Below are positions 9,501 to 15,217 of a stretch of 46,792 nt of DNA, in pieces. Under the pieces are notes generated by a model. It worked only from the letters and a program-made list of their open reading frames with translations, was not told the origin of the DNA and searched no databases. The position numbers were made by a program, and so were the translations under genes. This stretch comes from Holosporales bacterium (GTDB taxonomy: Bacteria; Pseudomonadota; Alphaproteobacteria; BNTO01). How positions within the stretch are numbered: position 1 is the first letter of the stretch; each line of letters begins with the position of its first letter. The stretch is taken from positions 1 to 46,792 of the forward strand of contig JAISXM010000017.1 of NCBI GenBank assembly GCA_031270515.1, written 5' to 3'.

Positions 9501-11487
9501 AAACATTGAGAATGATTCAGAGTGGCAATTTTATGTGGATACTTCTATTTTTGGCATAACGCTTGAATACCCAAGTAGCATTCTCGTGTACTACACATAC
9601 GCGGTCCTAACACTGCAGCACATCGCAGGCTCAGGACGTGTGCAGCTCAATGACATAGGGACTGTACACATAACAGGCAACCAAACGTCGGCGTTTGATG
9701 GCGACTTTGCGTCAGGGAAGTTGCACATGTATGAGCAAAGTCGTTTAGTGTGGGGAGGACGTGGCATCAAGTCGTTGGTTGGAGAAATAGTTTTACATGA
9801 GCAAAGTATACTTGAAGTAACTGATACCGCGGCTTTGAACGAGTTCGAGCAAATATATATTGAGCCTGACGCAAGTTTGAAGTTGCATGGGTGGCAGAAG
9901 GCTCGACCAATAAATGGCTCAGGACATCTTGAATTCGATAAATTAACTATTAATTTGGACGGGGACTTTACGTTGGATGCGAATATTATAAGTTCGGGCA
10001 GTCTTACATTTATGAGTTCGGAGCCGCGCGAAGTACACATTGGGTCATCCAATCCATATTTCACTGGAAGCATATATAACATGGGGCAATTCCTTGAGTT
10101 AGACGGCACGTGTTATCTGAACAATACGTCACTTGTGTTGCAAGACGAAGCTACCTTGATTTTGCATTCGGACGCAACGCTAAATGCGAACTCTGCGCTA
10201 GTGTCAGCTGGGGCGCGCAATGAACTGGTGCTGATGGGGACGAACATGAGCTTGCCGCAGGTTATCTTTGTCGCAAATGATTCGGAGCTTATAATTAATG
10301 TAGATCATAGTGATGTCACAATAACCGGGGATATTCAAGGCACGTCTATTATCACGAAAAATGGTGCGAAAACTTTACGTATTGCGAGTGATAACAACTT
10401 TGGTGGCGTGTATAACGTGCAATATGGATGCATTGAGTTTGACCAATTGATTGTGGCGTCATTGACGTCTCTGAAGCTGGCTGAGGACACGAGCGCGTTT
10501 GCAAATAATGATTTGGTTTTGCACGATATGTCAGGGCTTGGGAGCTTGTTGTTGAGCGACCACGTTACCGCGAGCCTGTACCTATCTGCGGACTTTAGTA
10601 CAAATACGGCGATTCGCGGAGGGTGCTTTGAGGTGCTGAGCGAACTTGGGCAGGAGCACAACGTGACGTTGTTGTCTGACGTGGTAAGCCCTGAGACATT
10701 AACGATTGGCCAGAACATAGTGTGTTCGGCGCCTAATCTTGAAAATGACGTGATCGTTAACATCGCGGGGTATTTGTTTTTGGAGGAGGAGCGGACGTTT
10801 GCGTCGATGAATGTTACGGGGTTTGCCCTTGTTCCTACGATCACGATTCGAAATACGTCGCAGATGTCTACTTTTTCGAGCGGAGTCATTCAAGCCGATG
10901 TGCTGGACTATGACTGTAGCAATGCTTTGTTCAACTTGGTCGGCGACGCAAAAATGAGACTACACGAATTTAATATTCACGCGGGCAAGGTTTGTGCCTC
11001 TTTGGGGACTTTGATTGACACAGATGTGGTGCGCCTCGGCAGCGACTGTACGCTGCAAGCTGTGGGGGATATCAATTACTTTGAGACTTCTGGGTGCATT
11101 ATCCCGGAGCGCAGCAATGTGGAGCCTGGGGAGTTGCCGTATGGCGTGCTCCGAGTCAAAGAGCTGCATGCGCAAGTTGGGGCGGTTGCGCTGATGAGGC
11201 TGAGCTGCTTGATGGATAACGCGCTGAACGGGGTCATCCACATTACGGAGAGTGCGGAGGGGCTGGGCAATTTGTCCATTGTGTTGGAGAGTGATGATCC
11301 TCTTTCGCTGCGCAATAATGTGTTTCCGTTGATGTCCTTTCCTGCGGGATATGCGGGGGATGAATTGCCGGAGATTGCGATGGACCGCGGGATATGTCCT
11401 TTGATTGAGGCTCCGAGTAGCGCGTTTCAGCTGGACGTGTTGCTAGACAGTTTGGTGCTTATTACAAAAGACTTTCAGCTGAAATAG
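1..11487 (+). CDS. Giant PATR-repeat, beta-helix/adhesin-like (autotransporter-passenger-like) protein; 5' end lies outside the window
   Basis: The ORF track gives 64..11487 (3807 aa), but frame 1 is open from nt 1. The 21 upstream codons (QISGLFTGIGILELASTQPLT) align with the internal segment FISGMLTGIGTLDLLSLQPLT about 1152 nt downstream, so the CDS continues upstream. At least 10 copies of the PATR-type motif are present, e.g. ILKEGPGIQVLRTLNSYTGGTTITHGML, IIKAGAGSQIFTNPSSYVGGTFINGGML, LTKTGTGTQIVSAQQDDFHGSINVKEGEL, VSKEGPATLTINGTDALAHTWVVKEGRL. Composition is G/T/N/S/V-rich and beta-strand-like. Stop at 11485-11487. Confidence 0.9.
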   Translation, partial: QISGLFTGIGILELASTQPLTMNTPAGSDAQTLSIKSGSAMWLGKAGTGALATGSVSVAGVLHIGDGTQATDRGTLSATGNMTVGSGASVVIGNNTLGRGSLHVGGKYTNNGTTVANAIRDDGEFYIGGLTGDGTLTLNNIVDMLIRNAEAETDRYIGTLASAIGTCITKDGLGTQVFAGDAVNHTGRTLIKEGVVILETAFGSGDVVNDTSLIFDNALNTVYNSTFSGGGAVEKRGSATALLTRANNVSGPTTVTEGRLALNDVLGTGTVYVNAETTLELRNVANVTYDNEITLDGVLMKTMTGATSVTNLITHSGGDIDVYDGVLRVLGHSGDADFALNHLSVASDGTYVLLCDQTWNSIDSTGSINASGSKLTIVGTSTPSFISGMLTGIGTLDLLSLQPLTINTLQGSGVYELNINTGTSVWIGKGGSGSLDTNSVNFSGELHIGDGALGTDKGWLYVAEGMEVEHGATLVIGNNALGRGALSVAGKFANNGTSIANAIRDDGEFYVGGLIGDGTLTLNNVADILIHNAENETDTYIGTIVGTGSILKEGPGIQVLRTLNSYTGGTTITHGMLCGEIGFNGNLNIEAEGTYRLTLTPDEAMDDTDSLNKTLTGLLSGYGTLDLAKGFLAIGNATGAPSVMTFNGEIKNTDTDENKNILRINSAQLDAGTHENVNLIGTITYSNVDEWHSIAGNFPYCNLVQDTGQPKTCIDLTPHGSSFKTLRSAGAIYLRGTHALIITKGFEYNDFRSVVLAGNWTEYGTFDGAIVKQGNGRQIIRFSNKPKDAQTHTGQTRVEGGTLSGVLSPNAPLFVAADALYQICCYNGATNVTGITAQTVAGLSGEGIVELGDFANAKDGLLTFAFPAETDAAHSRFAGQIKGKTTLTKTGTGTQIVSAQQDDFHGSINVKEGELHFGGFTSTNGKIVLSGSAIYKMLGHQYITAVSSLSASTIYNLNGKTLTLYGTSSHEYYLGKFTGGGKIFIDSKIPISAHIFNIVEDSSITTLELNAGLVALGFGNDTSAYLNTTNTIVKSGTFYVGYDASGTLTASTTTISGGTVTVGGGAVGSTCSGHGSFTAGKVTMTGGVLNIGTKDREDNTGVVAATSFAQSAGLTITIGAGAGQGAFIVSGVLTCSGTIIANSLSAGEAFYAGSLQGAGTVYLNNASTLVLRGAQWSGSIIDNTKTATVLIRDFGEGKQRFDLKAGSKFGSLQIKGGASVVCGWTGGTCDLQCVDIAVAADGSLVIGDAGTGYIVCDSITSSGAFDIGSNNGTSEVLCNGNINVNGGHFGVGTSFYGGSNDHPGVGKLTCQVLNLNAGILNMASAGYGTSSIVSVSEFNIAVGASAYLGPAERSGVTASLVVANTMTCDGAMEARASKFEIKGLAGAATGAITVHTGSNLTITHGSGCVYHGTILGAGSIIKAGAGSQIFTNPSSYVGGTFINGGMLCGEIGFGGELAIAENTTYRLARNVDGSTDSTDSLHGDTLLGALSGYGTMDLAQGDLALGATSGSSMSMTFNGDIKNTYTQSNVESMILQINNVHFYAGENNHTELIGTIKYGDSSQLKSISGYFPNCHLLSDSPSGYSCINLSDHDSTFAALWGDAVHLKGSNTLTITKGLDYDDFRAMTLSCNWADYGSFTGAIVKQGSGRQIFRQRTAPEWLDHDAPIHTGETRIEGGTLVGVVSPNAPLYVANGTTYQVSCYDGDDNMSQTTAQTAKGLRGSGFVKLADVGRPIDVFTIDVDSGIEEQFSGEVSGNGTLQKIGLGNQVISGALFNPVVEVLEGELTLISIIQGPNTVDIAHNATLRVTGGLRNATVNMEPDASCFEIGTQNVAINLNGGGVVKTITPSRMLCNMQAALGAEIQTNHELRIDGTLRETNVINKTGDDVLVLGEMCARKSSSISVKEGVLCISNKADMGDSTYLDILSPASVDMYSTQTFASLSGDGTIRLHKQNIYTLLDIIYSGHIIGETTSNVIGASGNATFSNEALSEFFGYLEAKDSGNVVIDGVVDPRLKLRILDNSQIKVIGPRTFEGLKGSGLLIGDGNTLTIHSDNRQIFTGDFAATGVELSGDQTFLWGGGIKHHTQGIVLKDKAQLIIDRGVVLHSHERIHLQDETSSVWFESAQTIAGITGNGVLYASNVDMVLYEDVVFAGDIVGDGVITLTASEPVTFTLSGDRKRSFKGTFLTDSNVTLVYNQEIFDPTVIIHGQKQSLTGNRALHNEHLSENLELNGYTVQVTSTEDILNSAWIKGPGTVNIDCAGTFTINRGIQSGSNGVVFNVERGTVIAAAESRLKGATVNLVGSGTTLEIQGDLVADGADVLINADTGILRFTGPEEIDTVADIAMNKPVRIQTMTNVVFSGDITGAADVSKEGPATLTINGTDALAHTWVVKEGRLDGDAFADGSRFELLDGTTLAPSSLLVDAVNSDSATARFITHEGLTLTGQSAYSGIFDNDGGFTLTGELSINGPSRDCGGFVLNEGKLNANTDILCALSGNGYVASDHNITLTGAGNSWTGIWQGRGDIVVNGESQALDGKFRSHTGKYYINTVSNRLGPNAELGDGYIFISSAGELLASCSENINSPVVVNGGAFGAFATMTLGYRIIVNESARIVVQDESVLTLAQRLEGQSIVTKEGLGVLRLLAEYSDPIDLRINSGAVEVHGTLHALTQIDVADTLHIMSPQKIEFLSGGGLVDIQSDLALESSRETVFDGQLTGTGRLVLHDNMQVSLSRSDWNNGFVGQIYTHQGSILHIHGNQTLSQIEGFGTFEFGGADLSVVMNASQTFYGVLENVGAMTFEGAYTFNMRHAIACSSLSVAEGSTFVAEREIEFNELVADGEVEFRQLAQGARISGGGIIRAIEDFILNASEDCVFDGGIIGARNINIDGANVTFNNVELFTGTFNIGSVDITFGENAKLNKNLVLNLSAGATVTLNADETISDIIGHGTVISSASMTLLQLTDCLHKFEGLVACSELIVDSNSPWYWQYSGDPNFEGTLGATAKSHVVLDVGSLAHSTLACDGLLEVMQNDIAVGSLTGSGHFKYLNRCIFEADSDFAGIIEGSGPLEVRSGCFTWSGPSKSPTGLVIVSTFEANACLDQNEHIVFNAGSVLLLGVDHVFSSLEGSDGIIDARQNGVAINGSMAFLGTVQNAGYLNMRGEIYVQALEGCGNINIENDSEWQFYVDTSIFGITLEYPSSILVYYTYAVLTLQHIAGSGRVQLNDIGTVHITGNQTSAFDGDFASGKLHMYEQSRLVWGGRGIKSLVGEIVLHEQSILEVTDTAALNEFEQIYIEPDASLKLHGWQKARPINGSGHLEFDKLTINLDGDFTLDANIISSGSLTFMSSEPREVHIGSSNPYFTGSIYNMGQFLELDGTCYLNNTSLVLQDEATLILHSDATLNANSALVSAGARNELVLMGTNMSLPQVIFVANDSELIINVDHSDVTITGDIQGTSIITKNGAKTLRIASDNNFGGVYNVQYGCIEFDQLIVASLTSLKLAEDTSAFANNDLVLHDMSGLGSLLLSDHVTASLYLSADFSTNTAIRGGCFEVLSELGQEHNVTLLSDVVSPETLTIGQNIVCSAPNLENDVIVNIAGYLFLEEERTFASMNVTGFALVPTITIRNTSQMSTFSSGVIQADVLDYDCSNALFNLVGDAKMRLHEFNIHAGKVCASLGTLIDTDVVRLGSDCTLQAVGDINYFETSGCIIPERSNVEPGELPYGVLRVKELHAQVGAVALMRLSCLMDNALNGVIHITESAEGLGNLSIVLESDDPLSLRNNVFPLMSFPAGYAGDELPEIAMDRGICPLIEAPSSAFQLDVLLDSLVLITKDFQLK
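1153..1712 (+). repeat. Intragenic module A, copy 2
   Basis: See copy 1. At protein level, ...HIGDGxxxTDxGxL...VIGNNxLGRGxLxVxGKxxNNGTxxANAIRDDGEFYxGGLxGDGTLTLNN...NAExETDxYIGT is shared. Confidence 0.85.
1650..2560 (+). repeat. Intragenic module B (about 300 aa), copy 1
   Basis: Homologous to 4260..5190 with an offset of 2610-2628 nt. Shared blocks: GMLCGEIGF, YRL, TDSL, LSGYGT(L/M)DLA, MTFNG(E/D)IKNT, LIGTI(T/K)Y, AIVKQG(N/S)GRQI, HTG(Q/E)TR(V/I)EGGTL, SPNAPL(F/Y)VA. Confidence 0.85.
4260..5190 (+). repeat. Intragenic module B, copy 2
   Basis: See copy 1. For example, ggcatgctgtg(t/c)gg(c/a)ga(a/g)atcggcttt occurs at 1723 and 4333, and tcgccgaatgc(t/g)ccgctgt at 2422 and 5050. Confidence 0.85.
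6088..6590 (+). repeat. Intragenic module C (divergent), copy 1
   Basis: Protein-level similarity to 9613..10107. Shared blocks: G-SG, F-GDFA, L-WGG-GIK, G-IVL, I-G-G-L, SEP, F-G-. Confidence 0.6.
9613..10107 (+). repeat. Intragenic module C, copy 2
   Basis: See copy 1. LQHIAGSGRVQL...FDGDFASGKL...LVWGGRGIKSLVGEIVLHEQ...INGSGHLEF...SSEPREV...FTGSI. Confidence 0.6.
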
Positions 11488-11596
11488 GGGGCTGGCGCGG
11501 CGCGGGGGGAGCGTGTGCATGAAGACAGATAGTAAACACGTAAAATTTATATCGTGATTTTTTTTTAAGAAAAGTGTTCCGCTTTGTGTTGAATAA

Positions 11597-11624
11597 TTAT
11601 CAAAAACAATATACCATTGATAAT
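11597..11624 (+). promoter_or_regulatory. Candidate sigma70-type promoter for the 717-aa gene
   Basis: TTATCA (11597-11602), 16 nt spacer, GATAAT (11619-11624), about 29 nt upstream of ATG 11653. The region is AT-rich, so a chance match is quite possible. Confidence 0.2.
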
Positions 11625-11652
11625 AGAAAGAAGTAATACGGTAGGTTGAGTT

Positions 11653-13806
11653 ATGAAAAATATTCCGCTGCTTATGATCGCAATGTTGGCCGTAGAGGGA
11701 GGCGCGTCAAGTCAGGAACTCGCAGTTGCAGTATCTCCTGCTGATTCTGATCAAAATTCCGATCCAATAAATGGACTTCAGAACGAAATAATAAAAAAGA
11801 TCGGTATCATAAAGAACGAGCTGCTACAACCTCTTCGCCTGCATATAGAAATTCCCGAGACAACTAGTCGTATTCCTGATCTGGAAAATGAAGCAAAATC
11901 TATAGTACAGCTGTGGAAAGAAGCCAATATAATGTGTTCTATGTACGCGGTGAATCAGTTTAGAAGACTCCATGCTGAAGGGCCAAGCTCATGGCTCAGG
12001 GACCGAAACAATCCGTGGCGACCACTGTGGGACTCGACTATCCGTCCTGAGGACTTAAATACTGGCTTAGATTTGGTCGCATATTTGAGGGAGGCGTGGA
12101 TAAAGTGGGGATCGAGCATAGAACAAGCGATGGCAAATAATAACACTTATAGTGTGTTTAATGTACTGAATATTTTGAAGAAATGGAATGGAGATCCGAC
12201 TAGAACGATAAGCGCAAAGCTTGATGAAATTTCAGATAATATACACGCGTTTTATGACGAGAAATCTCTTAAAAAAGTATCAGGCTTGCTCGACATCTTT
12301 AGTACAATAGTTAACACTTATAACGATCGATATGAACAAAGAGCTCAACTTTTAAAAGACAAATGGGCTGTAGACATGAGCCAAGATCAAGGCTTTGTTG
12401 AATTTAACGACCGCATTCGTTTGGCAAAACAAAGGAGCGAACAGCTTTCGTCCGCGGAACAACTTGATCGCAGAGGTGATGAAGCACAGCTTCCGCCCGA
12501 CGTATCTACAAAAGCATTCTTTGATATGGTCGAAAAATCACAAGACGCTCGCATTGCAATACAGCACAAATTTGAGGCGCTTGCAAATTCTGTTCAGCCA
12601 ATTAGATTCATCCATCTAGGTATTTTGCCAATTGAAGTTGCCGTGAATAGAATTTTGGATGCAGTAAAATGTGCACGGACACTATCTAATGAAAAAAACA
12701 GGAATTCCTCTTTAAGAGATAAGCTTTTTTTAGCACATAATCGTGACCTACCGAAATTGGTGAGTTATCTGCAATCGGAGGATCGTCTAAAGCAATTCGA
12801 GCCGATGGTACCCGTTCTCAATGAGATAAACGGAGGTCTTGGTCTTATAAAAGGGATGTTGCGTAATGAACCTGTGTCTATAACTAGTAGATGTCTTAGA
12901 TATGGAACAGAATCTCTAAATGCTATGCACAATATCGTTGCATTGAGGCGCGATGTAATGAACACTAAGGCACGATTGCAAAACTTTAATCCACATTTTT
13001 CAGCAGAGGCGACACAACAGCTAATTCAGAGCAGTCCCAAAGAGTCAAGTCAATATTCGTGGCTATGTAATCACGAGCATCCTGATCTCGATATACAGAG
13101 CAGTGATCCTCATAGGAAACAAATATTAGCCGTTAGGAAAGGGAAGTGGATACCTTCAGCTGGGGTAAGTCCTAGCGCAGAGGTCGCAATGGTTTTATTA
13201 GAGGAATGGTTCGCTAGATGGCAGCGCAGCATCATAGAGAGTACAACCCTATGTTCAACGCAGCTCTGTAACCTACTTAACACTCTAGAATTGGAAAAAG
13301 AACTCCCTGTCGTTACGATTGAAGCAATCATTGATGGGATATCAGCGAATCTGGGGCAATTTGATGACGTAAATTCTCTCCGTTCGGTTTTAGATAATGT
13401 CAGTTTTGTAAGCAAGACTCCTAGAGGAAACAAGAATCCTAGAGGAAATTTGAGGAATGCAATTAGTCAAGAGTTAAAAAGTCCTCCGGATTACTTGCAA
13501 GCGCCTATACGTTGGCAAAATGCAAGGACGAAAAAGGTAGATGCGAGCAAAAATCAGGTGTACATCAACGCGATGGCGTTTTTGAATGACTTGAAACAAA
13601 CCTGCGGAGGCGCACTACCAGAATTATTATCGAATGAAATTAACGAGAAACAAAAATTACTTTTTTCAATACAGGATAAATATATCGATTTATTCAATAC
13701 GTTTAAGCCAATTGCATTAGATCGCTCACGTTTTGATGGAGTGAAGCAAATACTTGATGAGTTTGTGATAGACAATAAGATTGAGTTGCTGTACCCATGC
13801 TTCTAA
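11653..13806 (+). CDS. Hypothetical secreted protein (717 aa), helical, with a two-fold internal duplication
   Basis: ATG ORF with an N-terminal signal-like segment MKNIPLLMIAMLAVEGGASS. GGTAGG lies about 10 nt upstream of the ATG. Two homologous halves are visible: LVAYLREAWIKWGSSIEQAM...LDEISDNIHAFYDEKSLKKVSGLLDIFS versus VAMVLLEEWFARWQRSIIEST...IDGISANLGQFDDVNSLRSVLDNVSF. I recognise no known domain. It is AT-richer than the flanking giant gene. Confidence 0.75.
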   Translation: MKNIPLLMIAMLAVEGGASSQELAVAVSPADSDQNSDPINGLQNEIIKKIGIIKNELLQPLRLHIEIPETTSRIPDLENEAKSIVQLWKEANIMCSMYAVNQFRRLHAEGPSSWLRDRNNPWRPLWDSTIRPEDLNTGLDLVAYLREAWIKWGSSIEQAMANNNTYSVFNVLNILKKWNGDPTRTISAKLDEISDNIHAFYDEKSLKKVSGLLDIFSTIVNTYNDRYEQRAQLLKDKWAVDMSQDQGFVEFNDRIRLAKQRSEQLSSAEQLDRRGDEAQLPPDVSTKAFFDMVEKSQDARIAIQHKFEALANSVQPIRFIHLGILPIEVAVNRILDAVKCARTLSNEKNRNSSLRDKLFLAHNRDLPKLVSYLQSEDRLKQFEPMVPVLNEINGGLGLIKGMLRNEPVSITSRCLRYGTESLNAMHNIVALRRDVMNTKARLQNFNPHFSAEATQQLIQSSPKESSQYSWLCNHEHPDLDIQSSDPHRKQILAVRKGKWIPSAGVSPSAEVAMVLLEEWFARWQRSIIESTTLCSTQLCNLLNTLELEKELPVVTIEAIIDGISANLGQFDDVNSLRSVLDNVSFVSKTPRGNKNPRGNLRNAISQELKSPPDYLQAPIRWQNARTKKVDASKNQVYINAMAFLNDLKQTCGGALPELLSNEINEKQKLLFSIQDKYIDLFNTFKPIALDRSRFDGVKQILDEFVIDNKIELLYPCF

Positions 13807-13821
13807 GCTGTGTCCTTGCAA

Positions 13822-13980
13822 ATAAAAACGATTGGACGTGTTATTTTCGTTTAAGCCTTGTATTATAACGAACCTTCCAATCGTTTCCTCTGGTGAATCT
13901 AGGCAGGGGCTCCGTAACAAACAATTTGAAAGTTGTTGCCCAACAAGGCTTAGACAATAAAGATTCAAATCGTTTTTATT
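13822..13980. repeat. Intergenic element bounded by a perfect 13-bp inverted repeat (MITE-like / palindromic element)
   Basis: aataaaaacgatt (13822-13834) and aatcgtttttatt (13968-13980). An internal alternative partner, ccaatcgttt (13878-13887), pairs with aaacgattgg (13828-13837). The element fills most of the gap between the 717-aa gene and the AI-2E gene. Confidence 0.6.
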
Positions 13981-14059
13981 GCAATGTTTACATACGCACA
14001 CATTCCTCTGCGTGCTAGAATGAGCAAGCAAAGTTGCCTTCCCTGGCTTGTGAGGCCGT

Positions 14060-15157
14060 ATGTTTGCTCTGATAAAAAAGTTGTACAAGGACGAAGAAGC
14101 TTTTCGTGCTGCTGTCGTTTGGGTCGCGATTGCGTTCATTGTTGGCGCACTTTTCATCCAGCTAGCCCCCGCCGTCAAGCCATTTCTGTTCGCCATGTTT
14201 TTCGCCGCACTGTTGAATTCGGGCGTGAACAAGCTGCAAAAAGTCGGCATTCCGCGCTATGCGGGCGCGGCTGTCCTGACGATAGCGACGGTTTCAATAC
14301 TTATGCTGGCCGTCACCCTATTTTATTTCGCGGTGCACAAACACATAATTTCTTATTCGAAGGACATCAAAACCGCGATCGAATTTCTTGCGGACTGGAT
14401 TCCCCGGGCATTGCACAAGTTGAGTGAACGAATACATTTGCCAATTGAAATAAAAACAGAAAACATTCGCGATTACTTAATGTCAAACTTGGGGGACATC
14501 GCGGAAAAACTTGGAGTATATGTGCTCTCTATTTATGACAGTGCAAAGTCTGTCGTTAGTGTGTTTTCTTTTATGTTTTTAACACCTATATTAACTTTTT
14601 ACATGTTGAAAGACTGGCCGATTTGCATAGCGAAGGTAAGGGCATGCCTTTCGAATAAAGCGCTGTCGTTTGCGGATTTTGCAATTCCGCAGGCGAAGGT
14701 CGCCCTCAAGCACCAAATGGCTGGGCAACTCAAAGTGTCGCTAATCGTGCTGGTGTTATATGGGGCGGGGCTGGCTGGGATTGGGCTGGCTCCCGTCGCA
14801 TTGCTTAGCACAATTAGCGCTGTACTTACATTTATTCCGTTTATTGGGATTTTTGTCGCATTTTTGATTACATTTGCAGTCGCGGTAACTCAGGGGCTTT
14901 CATTCGCGCAAATTGGTGGCGTTGCCGCATTGTACTTTATTGGTTCATCTATTGAATCCAACTTTTTAACTCCGCACTTTGTTGGCAATAAGATCGGGCT
15001 GCACCCTCTTGGGATATTTTTCGCTGTGTTGAGCATGTCCATTTGCGTAGGGCTCGGCGGAGTAATTTTTGTCATGCCCGTTGCGACGTTGATTTGGAGC
15101 ATGATCCAAAGTTTGTCGCTGTGGTTGAAGCGCGAGCGCGATAAAACTGCGTACTGA
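14060..15157 (+). CDS. AI-2E family transporter (UPF0118/PerM-type permease)
   Basis: 365 aa and polytopic. Family-typical segments are present: FLTPILTFYMLKDWP, LTFIPFIGIFVAF and IESNFLTPHFVGNKIGLHPLGIFFAVL (compare the family consensus ...legn.l.P.l.G....lhPl.v...). Confidence 0.88.
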   Translation: MFALIKKLYKDEEAFRAAVVWVAIAFIVGALFIQLAPAVKPFLFAMFFAALLNSGVNKLQKVGIPRYAGAAVLTIATVSILMLAVTLFYFAVHKHIISYSKDIKTAIEFLADWIPRALHKLSERIHLPIEIKTENIRDYLMSNLGDIAEKLGVYVLSIYDSAKSVVSVFSFMFLTPILTFYMLKDWPICIAKVRACLSNKALSFADFAIPQAKVALKHQMAGQLKVSLIVLVLYGAGLAGIGLAPVALLSTISAVLTFIPFIGIFVAFLITFAVAVTQGLSFAQIGGVAALYFIGSSIESNFLTPHFVGNKIGLHPLGIFFAVLSMSICVGLGGVIFVMPVATLIWSMIQSLSLWLKRERDKTAY

Positions 15158-15217
15158 TTAAAAAGTATTTACGTATATTTAACTAATTTTCACTAGTATT
15201 TTATTAAGACATGTGGC

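Noticed and set aside
10700-11487. Possible autotransporter beta-barrel (translocator) domain at the C-terminus of the PATR giant
   Set aside because: The last ~260 aa lack the alternating hydrophobic beta-strand pattern and Gly/aromatic girdle. They contain several Cys residues, and the protein ends in DFQLK instead of a terminal F/W. By eye this is not a barrel, but an HMM check is still warranted.
11540-11576. Intrinsic terminator after the PATR giant (T9 run at 11568-11576)
   Set aside because: The only stem preceding the T-run is 4 bp (cacg/cgtg) with a 12-nt loop, which is too weak to call. The T-run may just be AT-rich spacer.
13726-14427. ORFs 13726..14250 (-) and 13984..14427 (+) spanning the 717-aa/AI-2E spacer
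   Set aside because: Both overlap the well-supported AI-2E CDS in other frames, and the minus-strand one also overlaps the 3' end of the 717-aa gene. Their sequences are Cys/Arg-rich and unlike real proteins. The spacer is better explained by the inverted-repeat element.
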